From Rhodosorus marinus CCMP1338 (taxonomy: Eukaryota; Plantae; Rhodophyta), in the NCBI GenBank assembly GCA_029953675.1, contig JAMWBK010000007.1, positions 1,116,001-1,180,000 on the forward strand: a stretch of DNA of 64,000 nt, written 5' to 3'. Both the position numbers and the translations under genes were made by a program. Of the stretch, positions 11,671-24,315 are shown in pieces. Under the pieces are notes generated by a model. It had not been told where the DNA came from, ran no database searches, and saw only the letters and a program-made list of their open reading frames with translations. The first letter of the stretch is position 1, and every line of letters starts with the position of its first letter.

Positions 11671-14600
11671 TCTCTTCACATTGCCCTTCCTCTCCACCCT
11701 GCCTCACCTCCTCAGACTACCACTACCCCAAGATACTCTCGCACCCTGTTTTCTAAGCACCCCCAATGCGTCCAACAAACCCCTCAGGTCTCCTTTAAGC
11801 TCTTTTTAACCTCGAATGGAGAACCAAAAGAAAAAATCCGAACCCACCCCTCCAACATCTGCCATTTATTCCAGTCAATCCATAAATATCGTAATTCAAT
11901 GAAGTTAAGGGAGTTCAGTCAATATTATTTTTAAATATTTAGGAGGGGTAAAGATCTCCCGTTAATACCAATGCCGTATTTGGGAGTAGTCCACCATTGA
12001 GTATCATTGGCCAGTTTGAACAGCATTGAAATGGCCCAGGAAAAAGTTTTTTGAATTTAAGTAGGTTGAGAGGTAGAGGGAAATTCTCTAGCGATGGATT
12101 TGGATTTTTTTTTTGAAATAGTCTGGTTGGCGCGGCGCACAAAGGAAGGGGGGTTGGTGGTAGGTGGATTTTGCTTGGGGTCGGTGAAGGGAAGGCGCGT
12201 GGAGGGGGGGGAGGGTGTCCTTGAGTGGCGGGAGAGGAAGGCATGAGGGATTGAAATGGATACGTTTTTTTAATATTTTGAGGTTGTTTTTGAGGGGGTG
12301 TCCGCCTTGTTTGCTTCTGTATATTTGAGGATCGATCGCGTTTTCAGGGAGAACTAATAGTTTTTTCTGAGACGTTTTTGAATATACAGTTATATCGCGA
12401 GGGGACTCTGGTCAGGGAGGGTTACCATTTGGAAGATGGGTTCCAAAGTCTTTCTGTTCATATCCCGTGGTTGCAGTTAGAGGGGTAGCTAGTTGACTCT
12501 GATCAGGAATCGCTGAGGGTAGAGCACATGCGATGCATGTCCATCAATCAGTTTCGAGAAGAACGTGTGCACGCCGAGGACCTCGATCTATAGCAGTTGC
12601 ATATCTTGTTCCTCACCCCGACCTCCACGAACGGCATGCCAACAAAAAAAGAAAGGTGGACTCCAGCGGAGATATCTGGAGGCGGAAGAGGTGGGTTTGA
12701 ATTTGAAATAGTTGAGAGGCGGATCCCAGATGAGTCAAGGTTCCAAGGCGAGATTTCTGGATTTCTGAAAGAGCTCCTATAGAGGATAGAAACCCTGCAG
12801 TGCTTCAGGAGGTTAAGTCACGTTGTTAGCTCTGGAGTCGGAAGTGAAAATCTCTCCCGTATTAGATCCTCGTTTAGTCATTGTATCGTTGCACAAATCA
12901 ACGAAAACAAAATCGCCTAGTAGACATCGAGGGAGGAGAGCGGAACACTCAGTACGCGCACCGGTGCATACGCGCGTTTGAGTCAGCCCCCAGGAACCTG
13001 GATCATCACCATCAAGCAAGCCCGTGCCTCGATGTCTGGCATTCAAAAAAAAATTTCGATTTTCAACACTTTGCACCCCCGGAAGTTTAATTGTCTTTCA
13101 AGATTTTTTACTCGTTTTTGAATCGTCTCAACGCTCGCTTGGCGGCCATCGAACAGTCTGGGATTTGACAAGGGGGATAGATCTCGCTCTGTTGCACGAG
13201 CTTTGTCTTTGTCGACGTTAAAAAAAGTCCAAGCGCAGATCGCGGCAATCAAGAACTCTGCCAGAGCGAACTTCTTATCTTCCAACAAAACTCAAGAACA
13301 CTGTCAATTGCGAGAGAACTTTGGCACTGTCACAAATTGGGACGGGATTCGAACTTTGACCAAAACCACAGCGGGGTCGGAATCGAAATAAGCCAAGCTG
13401 AGCTGTGGTGAGCTGTAGTGGTTAGCAGAGAAAACTTCCCGATTGGTAAACATGCGCTCTCGACCTTCCATCCGACTTGTTGAAGGATGCAAAATAGAGA
13501 GCAATTCAATTAAAGCGGTATTTTGCAAAAAGATATTCAGATAACCGATATTCGTCGAGGCACTCGACAACGAAAGATAATGTTTTTGTAATTTCAAAAT
13601 TTTCAAGACACGCGCTATACTATCATTGGTTGAAGTTTCCAAAATGACTGAATGGCTTAACCGTCTCAATAGTTTTGAAAAATTGGCGTTGGGTGGGGTC
13701 CGCGTGATCCGTGAGCCGAACGCGTGGCTTCTGAGAATGTTGTTGAGGACGCGTTTCGTTCGTCCTAGGTGCCAGATGGGAACGCTAGCATGAAAAGTAA
13801 ACAACGTAAAAAGCGAAATGATCCGTTTAAGACTGCTTGAATACAAATTTCTTCGCCCGCCAAACGATTCCGGTCTTGTCCAATGATCCTTCTGAGCTGC
13901 TTTTTCTGGTGCTGTTTCTGAACAATCAACAAGCTGGTGGTGTCCTACTGGAGTACCACCTCCCCTCCCCCGCTCCTTTTCTTCTGGACATTCTGGAAGT
14001 AGCCGAACTCATAGCCCGCCGCCGCCTCCTTCCGCCTATGTTGAGCAGAGCAACAAGAGTACCTCCAGGTTATGAACGAAACCCTCTAAACCCGGTTGTT
14101 TAATCAATCATCTTGACCAATTCTACTTGAAACCGAAACCGCCTGTGCACCCAATAACAACCTACCAAACTTCACGACATTGGCCACAACAGATTCCACC
14201 TTCCCCGCAAACTTTGAAACGTCTACCTCCTAAAACAACAAGCATCCGTTAAATAAAGAAGTAAAAAAATCCCTAACCGGGGAGGGGTGCTCATACGCCG
14301 GCAAATCGCTCGAGAGAGAGAGAGACAGTCTGTCTCTTCGAATTCGGGGCCAAAACCCTGGACTTCATACACAGATCCAATGTTCCCAACAAATGGAAGG
14401 GGGAAACCTAATACCAGGAATTGGTCAATGTTCTGCTTACTAAATAGAAACGCGATGGAAAGAATGAATTGAATTGGGTTGTTAGTGATGTGCTTGACAA
14501 ACGATGATCGTTTTTTTTTTAGGGTTTTGTTGGTGGGGAAGAAGACGACAGTAGTGGGTAGTGGGTGGTGAGGTGTGGCGAAGTGACGGCTTGGTGGTTG

Positions 14601-14856
14601 GAGACGGATGGGAATAGTTGAGGGTTTTGTGAGGGTTTTATGGAGATCATTGAGATAGGGTTGTGTGGAGGGGGATGGTGGGGGGTTGGTGGGGTCGGGG
14701 GTATGATCTATGGGTTTGACAGGGTTTTGATATAGGATAAAATGGTATTGAGTATTTTGTTAAGGACTTGGTGAGGTAGTGGGAGGTTTTGCCTAAGTTG
14801 GTTGGGCTACGGCCCTGCTCTTTGGAGGGCGGGGAGGGGGGTGTTAAGGGGAAGTC

Positions 14857-17772
14857 ATGGAACCGGTGGCATTTGTGGGTGATGTTTGCGGTTTGCGTCA
14901 AAGGGGTCGGAAGATATTGATATGTGCGGAGGATAAGGAGAATTTTATTATAGAGCGGGCGAAGAAGGATCTGGAGGTGACGCAGGAGTTTTTTCGGACT
15001 GCGTTTCAAGCGGATGGGGCGCCGGTGGTGTTGAAGAGTAATACTGCAAAATCTGCTGCGAAGAAGATCAGGAAAGGCTTGGAGGAGGTTGAGAAGGCTT
15101 CTATTCGAGGTGCAAACAGTTTGCAACTTGCTGCTGGCGTTGTTCTTACTCTGTTCTCCGGGATTGTCGGAGGAGCGAAGACACTTGGTACGACAATTAG
15201 GAAAGAACTAAGGCTTGAAGCTGTTGAAGACATCGAAGAAGCGGAACAGGATGATTCCACGGATTCCAACTCCATTACGAAAAAGACTGAAGGAGGAAAA
15301 GTCAAAACTAGACGACGGCCCACTCGCGGTAAGACTTCAGAACGAATGATTATGGGTTCGTTCCGATGGCAGGTCGTACCTGAAGATGTGAAAAGGCAGC
15401 TAGGCTCTGAAGACTTCATACAGCTGCTCAATAGGCAAAGACAAGAGTACAAGATTACCATGAAAACGAGTATCTCAAGCGCGAAAAAGGGCATGCATTC
15501 TCGGGTTACCGAACATTTGCTAAGAGCCGCCAAAAATGATTCCGGAAACAAGACCGCTGCCTTCCCAGCAGGTATGCATGCGTGGGACACTACTACTTCC
15601 CTGCGTCCAGGAGACTGCTGAGGCCGAATCTTTTTCTGGAAAATCTCTCTTAGGATCGCAGGAGTTAGAACGAAGCAAGCCATCGTCTTCACCTAAGGAA
15701 GGGACGAAGCGGAGAAGAGGCGGACCAGAAGGTAATTTTCAAGATCCAAGACGAGGACGACCAATGGTTGGCTCAGGTACAATACTGATACGAATTCCGA
15801 TCGTGACGGCTCTTGCGAACCCGTGATAGGTACTCGGAAGGGCGATGGAATCAACGTCAACGACGTCGTCAAATCAGTCCAGAGTTCTTGGACGGTACTT
15901 GAACGGCAGTCGAAGGACTTGCCGGCTCCGGCCAAAACATTCTTCACCAAAGTGGTCTCTGAAGTCCTGTTGAACAACAAGTCGCCTCCCAGCGACCGAA
16001 AGACAAGGTCGAGAATTGGTAGCGCAGAGGGTTCTATCTCGGAAACCCAGTCCAATACTAAACCCGACCCCCAACTGCGACAAGATGGGGGAAAAGCAAT
16101 GGAATTGAGTTCCGGACCTGAGATGCTGACTCTCCTCGCTTCTGGGGCGTTCTTTGTTGTTACTGCCAATGGCCATGATCTCACGAGTGTCATGGCCGCC
16201 AGCACCGCCTCTATTGGAACTGCAATGGCTGTCATGCGAGCACAGGGTTCCAGAGTCCTACCCTTGCACATGACTACACTTGGTGCAAGTCGGAAAAGTT
16301 CAGCACTGAAGAATTCTGTCTTTAGGAAGAAAGCGTCGGAGGCAACGAGCCCAGTCCAAGCGTATCCAGAGGTAAAGAAGATGGCACCGAAGAAATTGAG
16401 ACCAGTTCAGGCGGATTCCGTGGTTGAGGAGATCGAATCCAAGACATCGAGCCCAGTTCAAGTGGATCCCGTTATTAAGAAGTTGGCATCCAAGACAACG
16501 AGCCCAGTCCAAGCGGATCCAGTGATTAAGGAGACCGCGTCCAAGGCGTCGAGACCAGTTCCAGCAGATCCGGTGGTTGAGGAGATCGAATCCAAGACAT
16601 CGAGACCAGTTCAGGCAGATCCGGTGGTTGGGGAGATCGAATCCAAGACATCGAGCCCAGTTCAAGTGGACCCCGTTATTAAGAAGATGGCATCCAAGAC
16701 AACGATCCCAGCCGAAGCGGATCCAGTGATTAAGGAGACCGCGTCCAAGACATCGAGACCAGTTCAGGCAGATCCGGTGGTTGAGGAGATCGAATCCAAG
16801 AGATCGAGCCCAGTTCAAGTGGATCCCGTTATTAAGAAGGTGGCATCCAAGACAACGAGCCCAGCCGAAGCGGATCCAGTGATTAAGGAGACCGCGTCGA
16901 AGGCATCGAGACCAGTTCAAGCAGACCCCGTGGTTAAGAAGCCCGAATCCAAGACATCGAGACCAGTTCAGGCGGATCCGGTAGTTGAGGAGCTCGAATC
17001 CAAGACATCGAGCACAGTTCAAGTGGATCCAGCGGTTGAGAAGAGGGCATCGACGAAGTCGAGACCAGCTCAAGCGGCTCCGGTGGCTAAGAAGACGTCG
17101 AAGACATCGAGCCCAGTTCAAGCGGACCCCGTGGTTGAGGAGATCGAATCCAAGACATCGAGCCCAGTTCAAGCGGACCCCGTGGTTGAGGAGATCGAAT
17201 CCAAGACATCGAGCCCAATTCAAGTGGATCCCGTTGTTAAGAAGTTGACATCCAAGACCACGAGCCCAGTCCAAGCGGGTCCAGTGATTAAGGAGACCGC
17301 GTCCAAGCTATCGAGCCCAGTTCAAGCGGATCCAGTACTGACAGAGCCCAACAAAAACTCAAAGGCTATTCCACTAGTGCCCCGGGAGGATGGTGGGAAA
17401 CTGCAGAAGGGCCTCTTCACCGTGGAAAACTTATTCTCTACTGCAGGTGAACGAAGCGAGACTAAAACTCAAGGCGTGGCTTCCGGAGATCTAGTGGTGA
17501 TTGCTGAGGATATTGGTGATGAAGCCAATGCGAATAATAGTATTATCATTGACGCAAATGCGTTTACAGTACCGATAGAATTGACTGACTTGTCGCCACC
17601 GGTGCACCTGGCTCTACTGGCGATCCTGGACGAGGGCCTGTACACTGCTGAGGTCGTGCTTAGCCGTGCCAAGTCACGAATTCTCCGATCCGGATTTGGG
17701 ATCGATGTGGCAGATGATGTGGAGATGTTGTCCACTTTCCGGCAACACTATGAGGAAAATGACCTCTTGTAA
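14857..17772 (+). CDS. Uncharacterised protein of about 900 aa with a probable plastid transit peptide and a 17-aa tandem-repeat region (3 exons predicted)
   Basis: Starts MEPVAFVG. Predicted phase-1 introns 15572-15668 (GTATGC..TTAG) and 15732-15829 (GTAATT..ATAG) join the 254-aa and 649-aa ORFs in frame. No known domain was recognised. Confidence 0.65.
16335..17350 (+). repeat. Coding minisatellite, 51-bp / 17-aa unit (consensus SKTSSPVQADPVVEEIE), about 20 copies
   Basis: Counted from the translation. Unit ends cycle EEIE / KK(L,M,V)A / KETA, a higher-order 3-unit period. Confidence 0.92.
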
Positions 17773-18312
17773 AACTAATTCGTGAGAACACTCGCGCTTT
17801 ATGGGTGTTTTTATGTAGCAGGGCTGATGCTTGATAGGCAAAGGGTACTTTATTAAAAAGCAAAACAAACATGAACAGTTAGAAGTAGAGCTAGTCTCCA
17901 GGCACGACCATTCGGACCGGGTTTGCGGTGTGGTGCTGCTCCTTAACCGGGCTGAGTATAGTCAGAATGGTACCTATGATATACATCCACCATCACGCCA
18001 ATGGTGCGTAAAGCACTGATGGAGTAGACTTGGACAAGATTCCTCGGGCTCCTAGCATACTTCGCGGTTGTCTGTTCGGCTTCATAGTTTTTTATATGTT
18101 ACTTGATATATCCAATTATAAGAATCAGTTGGCGAGTCTATAGCTTGAGGCGAAGCACATGGGATGTTCCCCAATCGACGATCCCGCCATCGGTTCATCT
18201 GCTCAGAACGAGGGAGGTGAGGCGCCGCCAATTTTTAAGAAAGTCATTGTACTACTTACTGTCTGGAACGTTCTGTCGTGTTTCGACAACGTCATTCTCT
18301 CCATCCGTGCCG

Positions 18313-19209
18313 TCAGAGGAGAGGGCCGCCATCAAACGCGTCCCAACTATAGTGTTCACCTTCATCGTGTTCAACTTGTTGTTGGGGGGCATTTTGGGCA
18401 TCGGTCTGCATCGCCAGCAGTGTCTGATTGATGTGAACGCTTTTCGACGGCAACTCGGCGCCACAAGGTTGAGCATCAACATTTTCATGTTCTTCAATTG
18501 CGCCAGCTTGTGGTGGTGGTGCAACCTGGTACATTGGTATTGGCTCTGGAGCCTGAAATCCTGTCATATCAGGTCCTCCCCAATGCTGAGTAGTGAGGCA
18601 ACGAACAGACATGAGTTCGAGTTTTCAGAGGCTAATCGAGGTTGATATTCATGGTTACCTCCCGGTTCATAGGCTGTCGAAGAATTTTGTTATCCTGTCT
18701 AAGGCGTTTATTCTCTTCCTTTAGCTTTTCCAGTTCCTCGCTGAGATATAATTTGTCTGCTCTCAGCTCGACCTTCTCATTGCGGACATCCTCCACTGTT
18801 GCGCTGATCTTTGCGAGTTCTGCTCTCAAAATACCTAGCCTCTGTTCCTGTTCGGTGATGTGCTCCGTTGCTCCGTGAACTATCTTCTCGCGGTCCCACT
18901 TCTTCCCTCGGATGATCTCCTCACCTCTGCAGCTCGAAAGAACAGCCTCAAGCGTTTTGAAGCTCGCTGAAGTTTTTGATGAAGCGAGACATAAGCACGA
19001 ACAAACAACTTAGCCATCCGGGTCCTCCAGGACGAGTAAAAATCATGGTGAGGCTTCCCCTTACTGTGAATTTCCTCTCTCCTTCTTCTCTCAGAGACTC
19101 GTTTCCGAACAGCTAAGCTCAGTTTCGGCGACGCTCTCTCAAAATGCTCTGGCTCACTCTTATCATCTCTTCTCTCACCGGAGAAGGTCGTCGAAAATGA
19201 CCCGCTCAT
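18313..19209 (-). CDS. bHLH-leucine zipper transcription factor, ILR3/bHLH-IVc-like (3 exons)
   Basis: Introns 18967-19064 and 18586-18658. The spliced product reads RKRVSERRRREEIHTSFKTLEAVL..KKWDREKIVHGATEHITEQ, then the zipper VRNEKVELRADKLYLSEELEKLKEEN. This zipper resembles the plant IVc consensus (KAEKNELRDEKQRLKAEKE). Confidence 0.8.
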
Positions 19210-21512
19210 CCAGACATATGAAAGATAACACTACGAAGCTTACCCAAGTACTTCACAAATCCACTTCACAGCCCCCAAAGAGAACTTTGCTTCCAACCCG
19301 CAACTGAGGCTCTCCAGACTTCACCGGGGATTCAATCAGCTCAGCTCTTCCCTTCTCAAACCTCCTCGCACCACCCTTCCGGAAACCAGCGCTGAGAGGC
19401 TCCAAACTTCAAAATCAATAATAACTATCACTACAAATAAAAATAATAATTAACCATATCAATCTAAATAATCAACCTCCTCTTAAGATTCCACCCGTAC
19501 AATTTTTCGTTACTTTAATCCCCCTAAAACAGGTTAATTATTAATCTAAATGATATATTGGAAAGAATGTCATTCCTGATGTACCCTGATGAATTCAAGC
19601 ACATCAGTCATTATTAAAAGTGAATGGATTTAAACTTGTTTTGTATAGGTGACGAATAAAATAAATTTCAGAGAGCGCGTGTGTATGGCGCACTTCTTCG
19701 AGCGGAATGATAGTCAACTCTGTACTTTAGCGCTGGACCAAAATACATAATAATGGATATTTTGGTATAAATATTGTACATACTCGACTCAGAGACGGAA
19801 GACTATCTTTTGTTTATGAGGAAATTTTGATAGGGTGATTCAAGTTTTAGATATATTTGGGGAGCACCGCTAGGTATGGGTGGGGGGAGGGGATGGGCTG
19901 GGGAGTTTCCGCCGTTTCTTAGCGACCTTGTTTCTGGAGTTGAACGGTTCTCGACGAAAGTCGGAGGGAAACATTCAGTCGGGGCGTTTGAGACCCTGAT
20001 CACAGGTTACAATTAAGCGCTAGCGCTTCTTGCGTATGGCACGGTCGTTGAGACCTTGTATCTAGTAAGACAAAGTAAAAAGTGAACAGCGACTGCATCT
20101 CTGCAGCCTCGTGAGTAGGCAATCAGATGGAGGCTGGGGAGACGATCGGTTACGGATACTTGGCAATCAGCGCATCCTAGAACGCATAAACGAGCTCTGT
20201 CAGCAATACGACACTATTCAATTCCGCCGTGCAAAGAGTGAAGAGCCTACATGCGACCAGCAGCTTGGTCGGGAGCAAACCCAGACATTGAACCTGTAGC
20301 CGTTTCCGACACATTCTAGCCCTTGCTAGCTGATGAAACTCCTATGGCACCGAGAAACCAGTTCTTTCATATTCCGGCGCTGGAATATGGATTGAACTTT
20401 ACTGTTGATCTCTGTCAAGGGATTTCTTCTGCCGGCTAAGTGTCATTTGTTGAGCGATCTAGAACCGCCCTACGAAAGCTGCTATGGTATGTATGTTAGG
20501 GAATCCCTCTACAGGATGTTATTCGTTTGGACGAAACATCATGACCAGATCTTTTATGATCGAAATGTATTTGGGTCTTGCTCTTGCGTCAGACTCAAAA
20601 AATAGGGTGCCGACTTCCGGGAGGTGGACCTGGCGGAGTGCTTCTTGGTCCCCTAGGATTCACTCTGTCATAGCGTCAGCCGGTGTTTCTATGGCATGGA
20701 ATCACAGTAACGTACCGTACAAAAGCGAAGCCGGGCGAGAAGGTTGTTCTGGGCAACGTTTTCTCCTTTGTCAGGCCGAGATGCGTTCTTGCGATGTATG
20801 TTCGGTACCGTTCGGACTCTACCTTTGGAGTGGATGAATATTTTGAATTCTCACAGGACAGAAAAGCAGCGAACCTCGAACCGCTGATTGGTCATGAGAC
20901 TGCTTACCTAGCCCGCGGAACGGGCCTCGCAAGTGTAGGTTCAGATTGGCAGCCGTATTCGAAGATACGACAACGTTTCGATTGTTTTCCCTTGCTAGGA
21001 AGAACAATGAACCATCCGGACGCCTTTTTCGACGACGCCGTTGTTTTTTTTCCGGTGTTAACCTTGTGATCGTGCTATCCGGTTCTCTGGAGTAGCTAGT
21101 GGAGTATCAGAATGGTGTCTGAGAGGATATATTCGGTTCTCGCGGCAGTAATCGATTCACAACCGCAGCATGCGATAATGACGTTGCTCGAAAACAAAAA
21201 AAACCTCTCGCGTACGCACAAGGTTCGGTCGAGGTGCGCTCGCTGCCATACTATGTAGAGAAGTTTTTCTTTGTCCACCGGTGCACGGCAAATCCCACAT
21301 GGAGCTCCCATGCAAGAGAAAACGTGACGATTAGCTCGATGTTGATCCAGACAAGGGGGTTGCACTCCCACCTGGGGTACCACATAAAAAAATACGAGGG
21401 TTAAAAAGTGTAAAAGGCGAAAAACGCTATAGGTTGAGCCAATACTTTAACAAAAGCTCAGAAACCACTGTATATAGAGGGTTGAGAGCTGTGGTGTGAG
21501 GACAATGACCTG

Positions 21513-21613
21513 TGCAAACTATGTGTAGTTCCCGCGCTTTTGAGAACCCCGAATATCTTATCTGCAAACTATGTGAAGTTCCCGCGCTTTTGAGAACCCT
21601 GAATATCTTATCT
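21513..21613. repeat. 50-bp tandem duplication (2 copies)
   Basis: tgcaaactatgtg(t/a)agttcccgcgcttttgagaaccc(c/t)gaatatcttatc starts at 21513 and again at 21563, with 2 mismatches. Confidence 0.95.
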
Positions 21614-21654
21614 ACTATTCTGAACAGGTTTTTGGAGTGTTTTGGATAGCGTGG

Positions 21655-22060
21655 AGAAAGTGTAGAGTGTGGAAAAGTGTAGAACGGTAGAGGTGTAGAA
21701 GTGTAGAGGTGTAGAAGTTTAGAGGTGTAGAATTGTAGAGGTGTAGAAGTGTAGATGTGTAGACGTGCATAGATGTAGAAGCGTAGAAGTGTAGAGGTGT
21801 AGAAGTGTAGAGGTGCAGAGGTGTAGGGGTGGAGAAGTGTAGAGGTGTAGAGGTGTAGAGGTGTAGAGGTGCAGAAGTGTAGAAGTGCAGAAGTGTAGAA
21901 GTGTAGAAGTGCAGAAGGGTAGAAGTGTAGAAGTGTAGAAGTGTAGAAGTGTAGAAGGGTAGAAGTGTAGAAGTGTAGAAGTGTAGAAGTGCAGAAGTGT
22001 AGAAGTGTAGAAGTGCAGAAGTGTAGAAGTGCAGAAGTTTAGAAGTGTAAAAAGTTGTAA
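21655..22060. repeat. 8-bp satellite (GTAGAAGT)n with GTAGAGGT, GCAGAAGT and GTAGAAGG variants, roughly 50 units
   Basis: Directly visible period-8 array about 400 bp long. Confidence 0.95.
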
Positions 22061-22579
22061 AATGTGAAAACAGTGCAAAATATGAAGAGGGTACAACATA
22101 AAATTGGAGTCCCTCGCACCCCCCAACTTGGATCCAGAGCTTGTACTGTGTACAATCAGATGAGCGCTGAGCTCATATGCCATGTGGTGGTAGACCCGTC
22201 TGCACGCCGAGGAGGGAAATTCGGTCTTTTGGGTCAGGGGCTCGTGGACGGATTTTCCTTGCGAGCCGATATACCCCCGAGGGGATTGGTTATCTAATCG
22301 GTACAAGAGCTGCGGCTTGGTAGGCTAGACGCTGGCGACGCGGACTCTTTCGAGCGCTGATAAAGTTGGTGAGCGTATACTTGGTTTGGGCCAACAGCAA
22401 TTCGTCGTATTGAACAAAATTGGAAGCGCGCCTTTATTGAAACTCTATAATGCGGTCTGCGGGCACAACAGACCTTGCGCGCTAGCCTAGCCAATTTAGG
22501 CGCAGATATTGGAACTCTATGATGGGGGGCCTGCGGTCACATCAGACCCATCTTTGCGCGAAGGGCTAGCCAAACCGAC

Positions 22580-23534
22580 TTACACGAAGTAGGGAGCGAC
22601 ACCAGCGACCCAGGTTGCGACGTCTGGTTGCTTAACACCCATGACGGCCTCATAGTCACCAGTATCGTTCAGGTAGGCCACGCCCTCGTCGATGCCATGG
22701 TAGAGGTCCATGATCCCGTCAGCCTGCCACTCTTGAAATCCCATTCCCATGAACGCCTGTTTGGCCGATTCGTATGGAACCTGAACGTAGCTGATTTCCT
22801 TTCCCATCGAAGCGGTGAAGGCATCAGCAACCTCTCCGAAAGTATGCGCTGGAGCAGTCACCTTGTACGTCATTTCTGTATGGGGTGCAGGGTTGGACAT
22901 GATTTTGGCGGCCATTTGTCCCACATTTTCAGTAACTGTGGGCGTGTACGGCGCCGTCCGATCAACTGGGCAGTAAATAGCCGACTGAGATACAATGCTG
23001 TCCTAAACTCACAGGACAAGAATGTAAGAGTTTTCTCGAGACCGCTCTGTGACTGTCATTAAGTATAGCCTAACATACCTTGAACCCCCAGTAGTTTTCC
23101 ATGAACAACGGGAGTCTGAGAATTGTCCACTCGAATCCGAGCAACTTGATCCCATCTTCGATAAACTTGAACTGTCTTCCGAAGACTGAATCAGTGCCTG
23201 CGTTAAGAACGGAGACGACCATGACGTGTTTTACGCCAGCGGTGGATGCGCTCTTCATTGTCTTGAGCACAAGCGGCGCGCGATCCGCAACTCCAGGACT
23301 GACAATAAAAAGACAATCCACGCCAACAAGCGAAGCAGCCAGACCCGCATCGCCCATCTCCGCCTTCACCACATTAATCCCCGGCAGTTCCGCCAACGCA
23401 GTCGCGGTCTCCGGGTTCCGAACTCCAGCCTTAATCACCATTGTCGCCTCATCATACAGAGCCGACAATGCCTTGCATGTCGACATTCCAATGGTTCCAG
23501 TCGCACCAATCACCATCAACGTCTTCTTCTCCAT
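22580..23534 (-). CDS. NmrA-like / NAD(P)H-binding atypical SDR (2 exons)
   Basis: Rossmann motif LMVIGATGTIG, AGVRNP, GVKHVMVVS and WTILRLPLFMEN. Intron 23003-23078 joins WGFK to DSIVSQSAIYCPVD..VGQMAAKIMSNP. Confidence 0.88.
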
Positions 23535-24261
23535 CTTTCCGATAAACCAAATAAAATAAACACCAACCAAAATCTAACTACAGAACAAAACAACAAGACC
23601 AAAACATAGGATTCCTCGATGCTTCTCTACCTTCCCCTCCAGCAGCTCCTCCTCTTCATCCCCCGGCAAACCGATCTTACCCCAATCTAACAGAATTCCT
23701 CAATATCCCCAAATTGACAATCCCCAATTTCTCCTCTTAATTGCGAAATCATTCAAAACATATTACCCCTTTTCAAGAACAACACAAATCATATATCTCT
23801 GATAGAATAAATAAAATAAAAGATAATCTTTTTTATGGATTGTTTTATACCCCTCTTAGTTCTGTTTGTTAGTCATTGGCAATCAGGTTTGTACAAACTG
23901 CATTTACTAATATTATTTTAGCCCTAAATAAACCGTTTTGTTTTTACAATCGAAAAGGGACAAGCTGTCCTTCGATTTTATTTTTTATTTTATTTTTTGC
24001 GGGAGGGGGATCGGCTGTTCGATAAGCTGATATAGAGGAGATTGATAATGGCAGCACGATCAGAATGTGTGTGGATACAGTTTTTGGATGCTTTCGTTGA
24101 TTAGAGGATCTCAGATTCTGCACCGTCTCCAGGGTCTATTGCCGAAAAGTCCGACGATCCCTGTCCTGTGTGATCGACACTCTGGAGAAGATCGATCGGT
24201 GAGGGGCAGCAAGATCGGACTGTGGGCAGATATCCTCGGGGTTTGTTCGGTTTATTAGAGG

Positions 24262-24315
24262 ATCTCCGCGATCTATTCAATCTCCGCGATCTATTCAATC
24301 TCCGCGATCTATTCA
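24262..24315. repeat. 18-bp tandem repeat x3 (ATCTCCGCGATCTATTCA)
   Basis: Three exact consecutive copies. Confidence 0.95.

Noticed and set aside
12294-13170. TAG reassignment or readthrough to explain the TAG-only frame
   Set aside because: Real genes here (psb27, reticulon, SAC3) terminate on TAG, so the standard code applies.
15006-16271. Minus-strand ORFs of 228 aa and 192 aa
   Set aside because: They overlap the + strand gene, which has a better start, splice sites and composition.
16300-17274. 324-aa Cys/Trp/Arg-rich minus-strand ORF
   Set aside because: Antisense shadow of the 51-bp coding repeat, whose unit lacks stops on that strand.
21655-22060. 8-mer array as interstitial telomeric repeat
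   Set aside because: It lacks the G-run typical of known telomere repeats, and nothing here links it to chromosome ends.
21719-22306. 195-aa ORF with LLHFYTST repeats
   Set aside because: Translation of the 8-bp satellite; no coding evidence.
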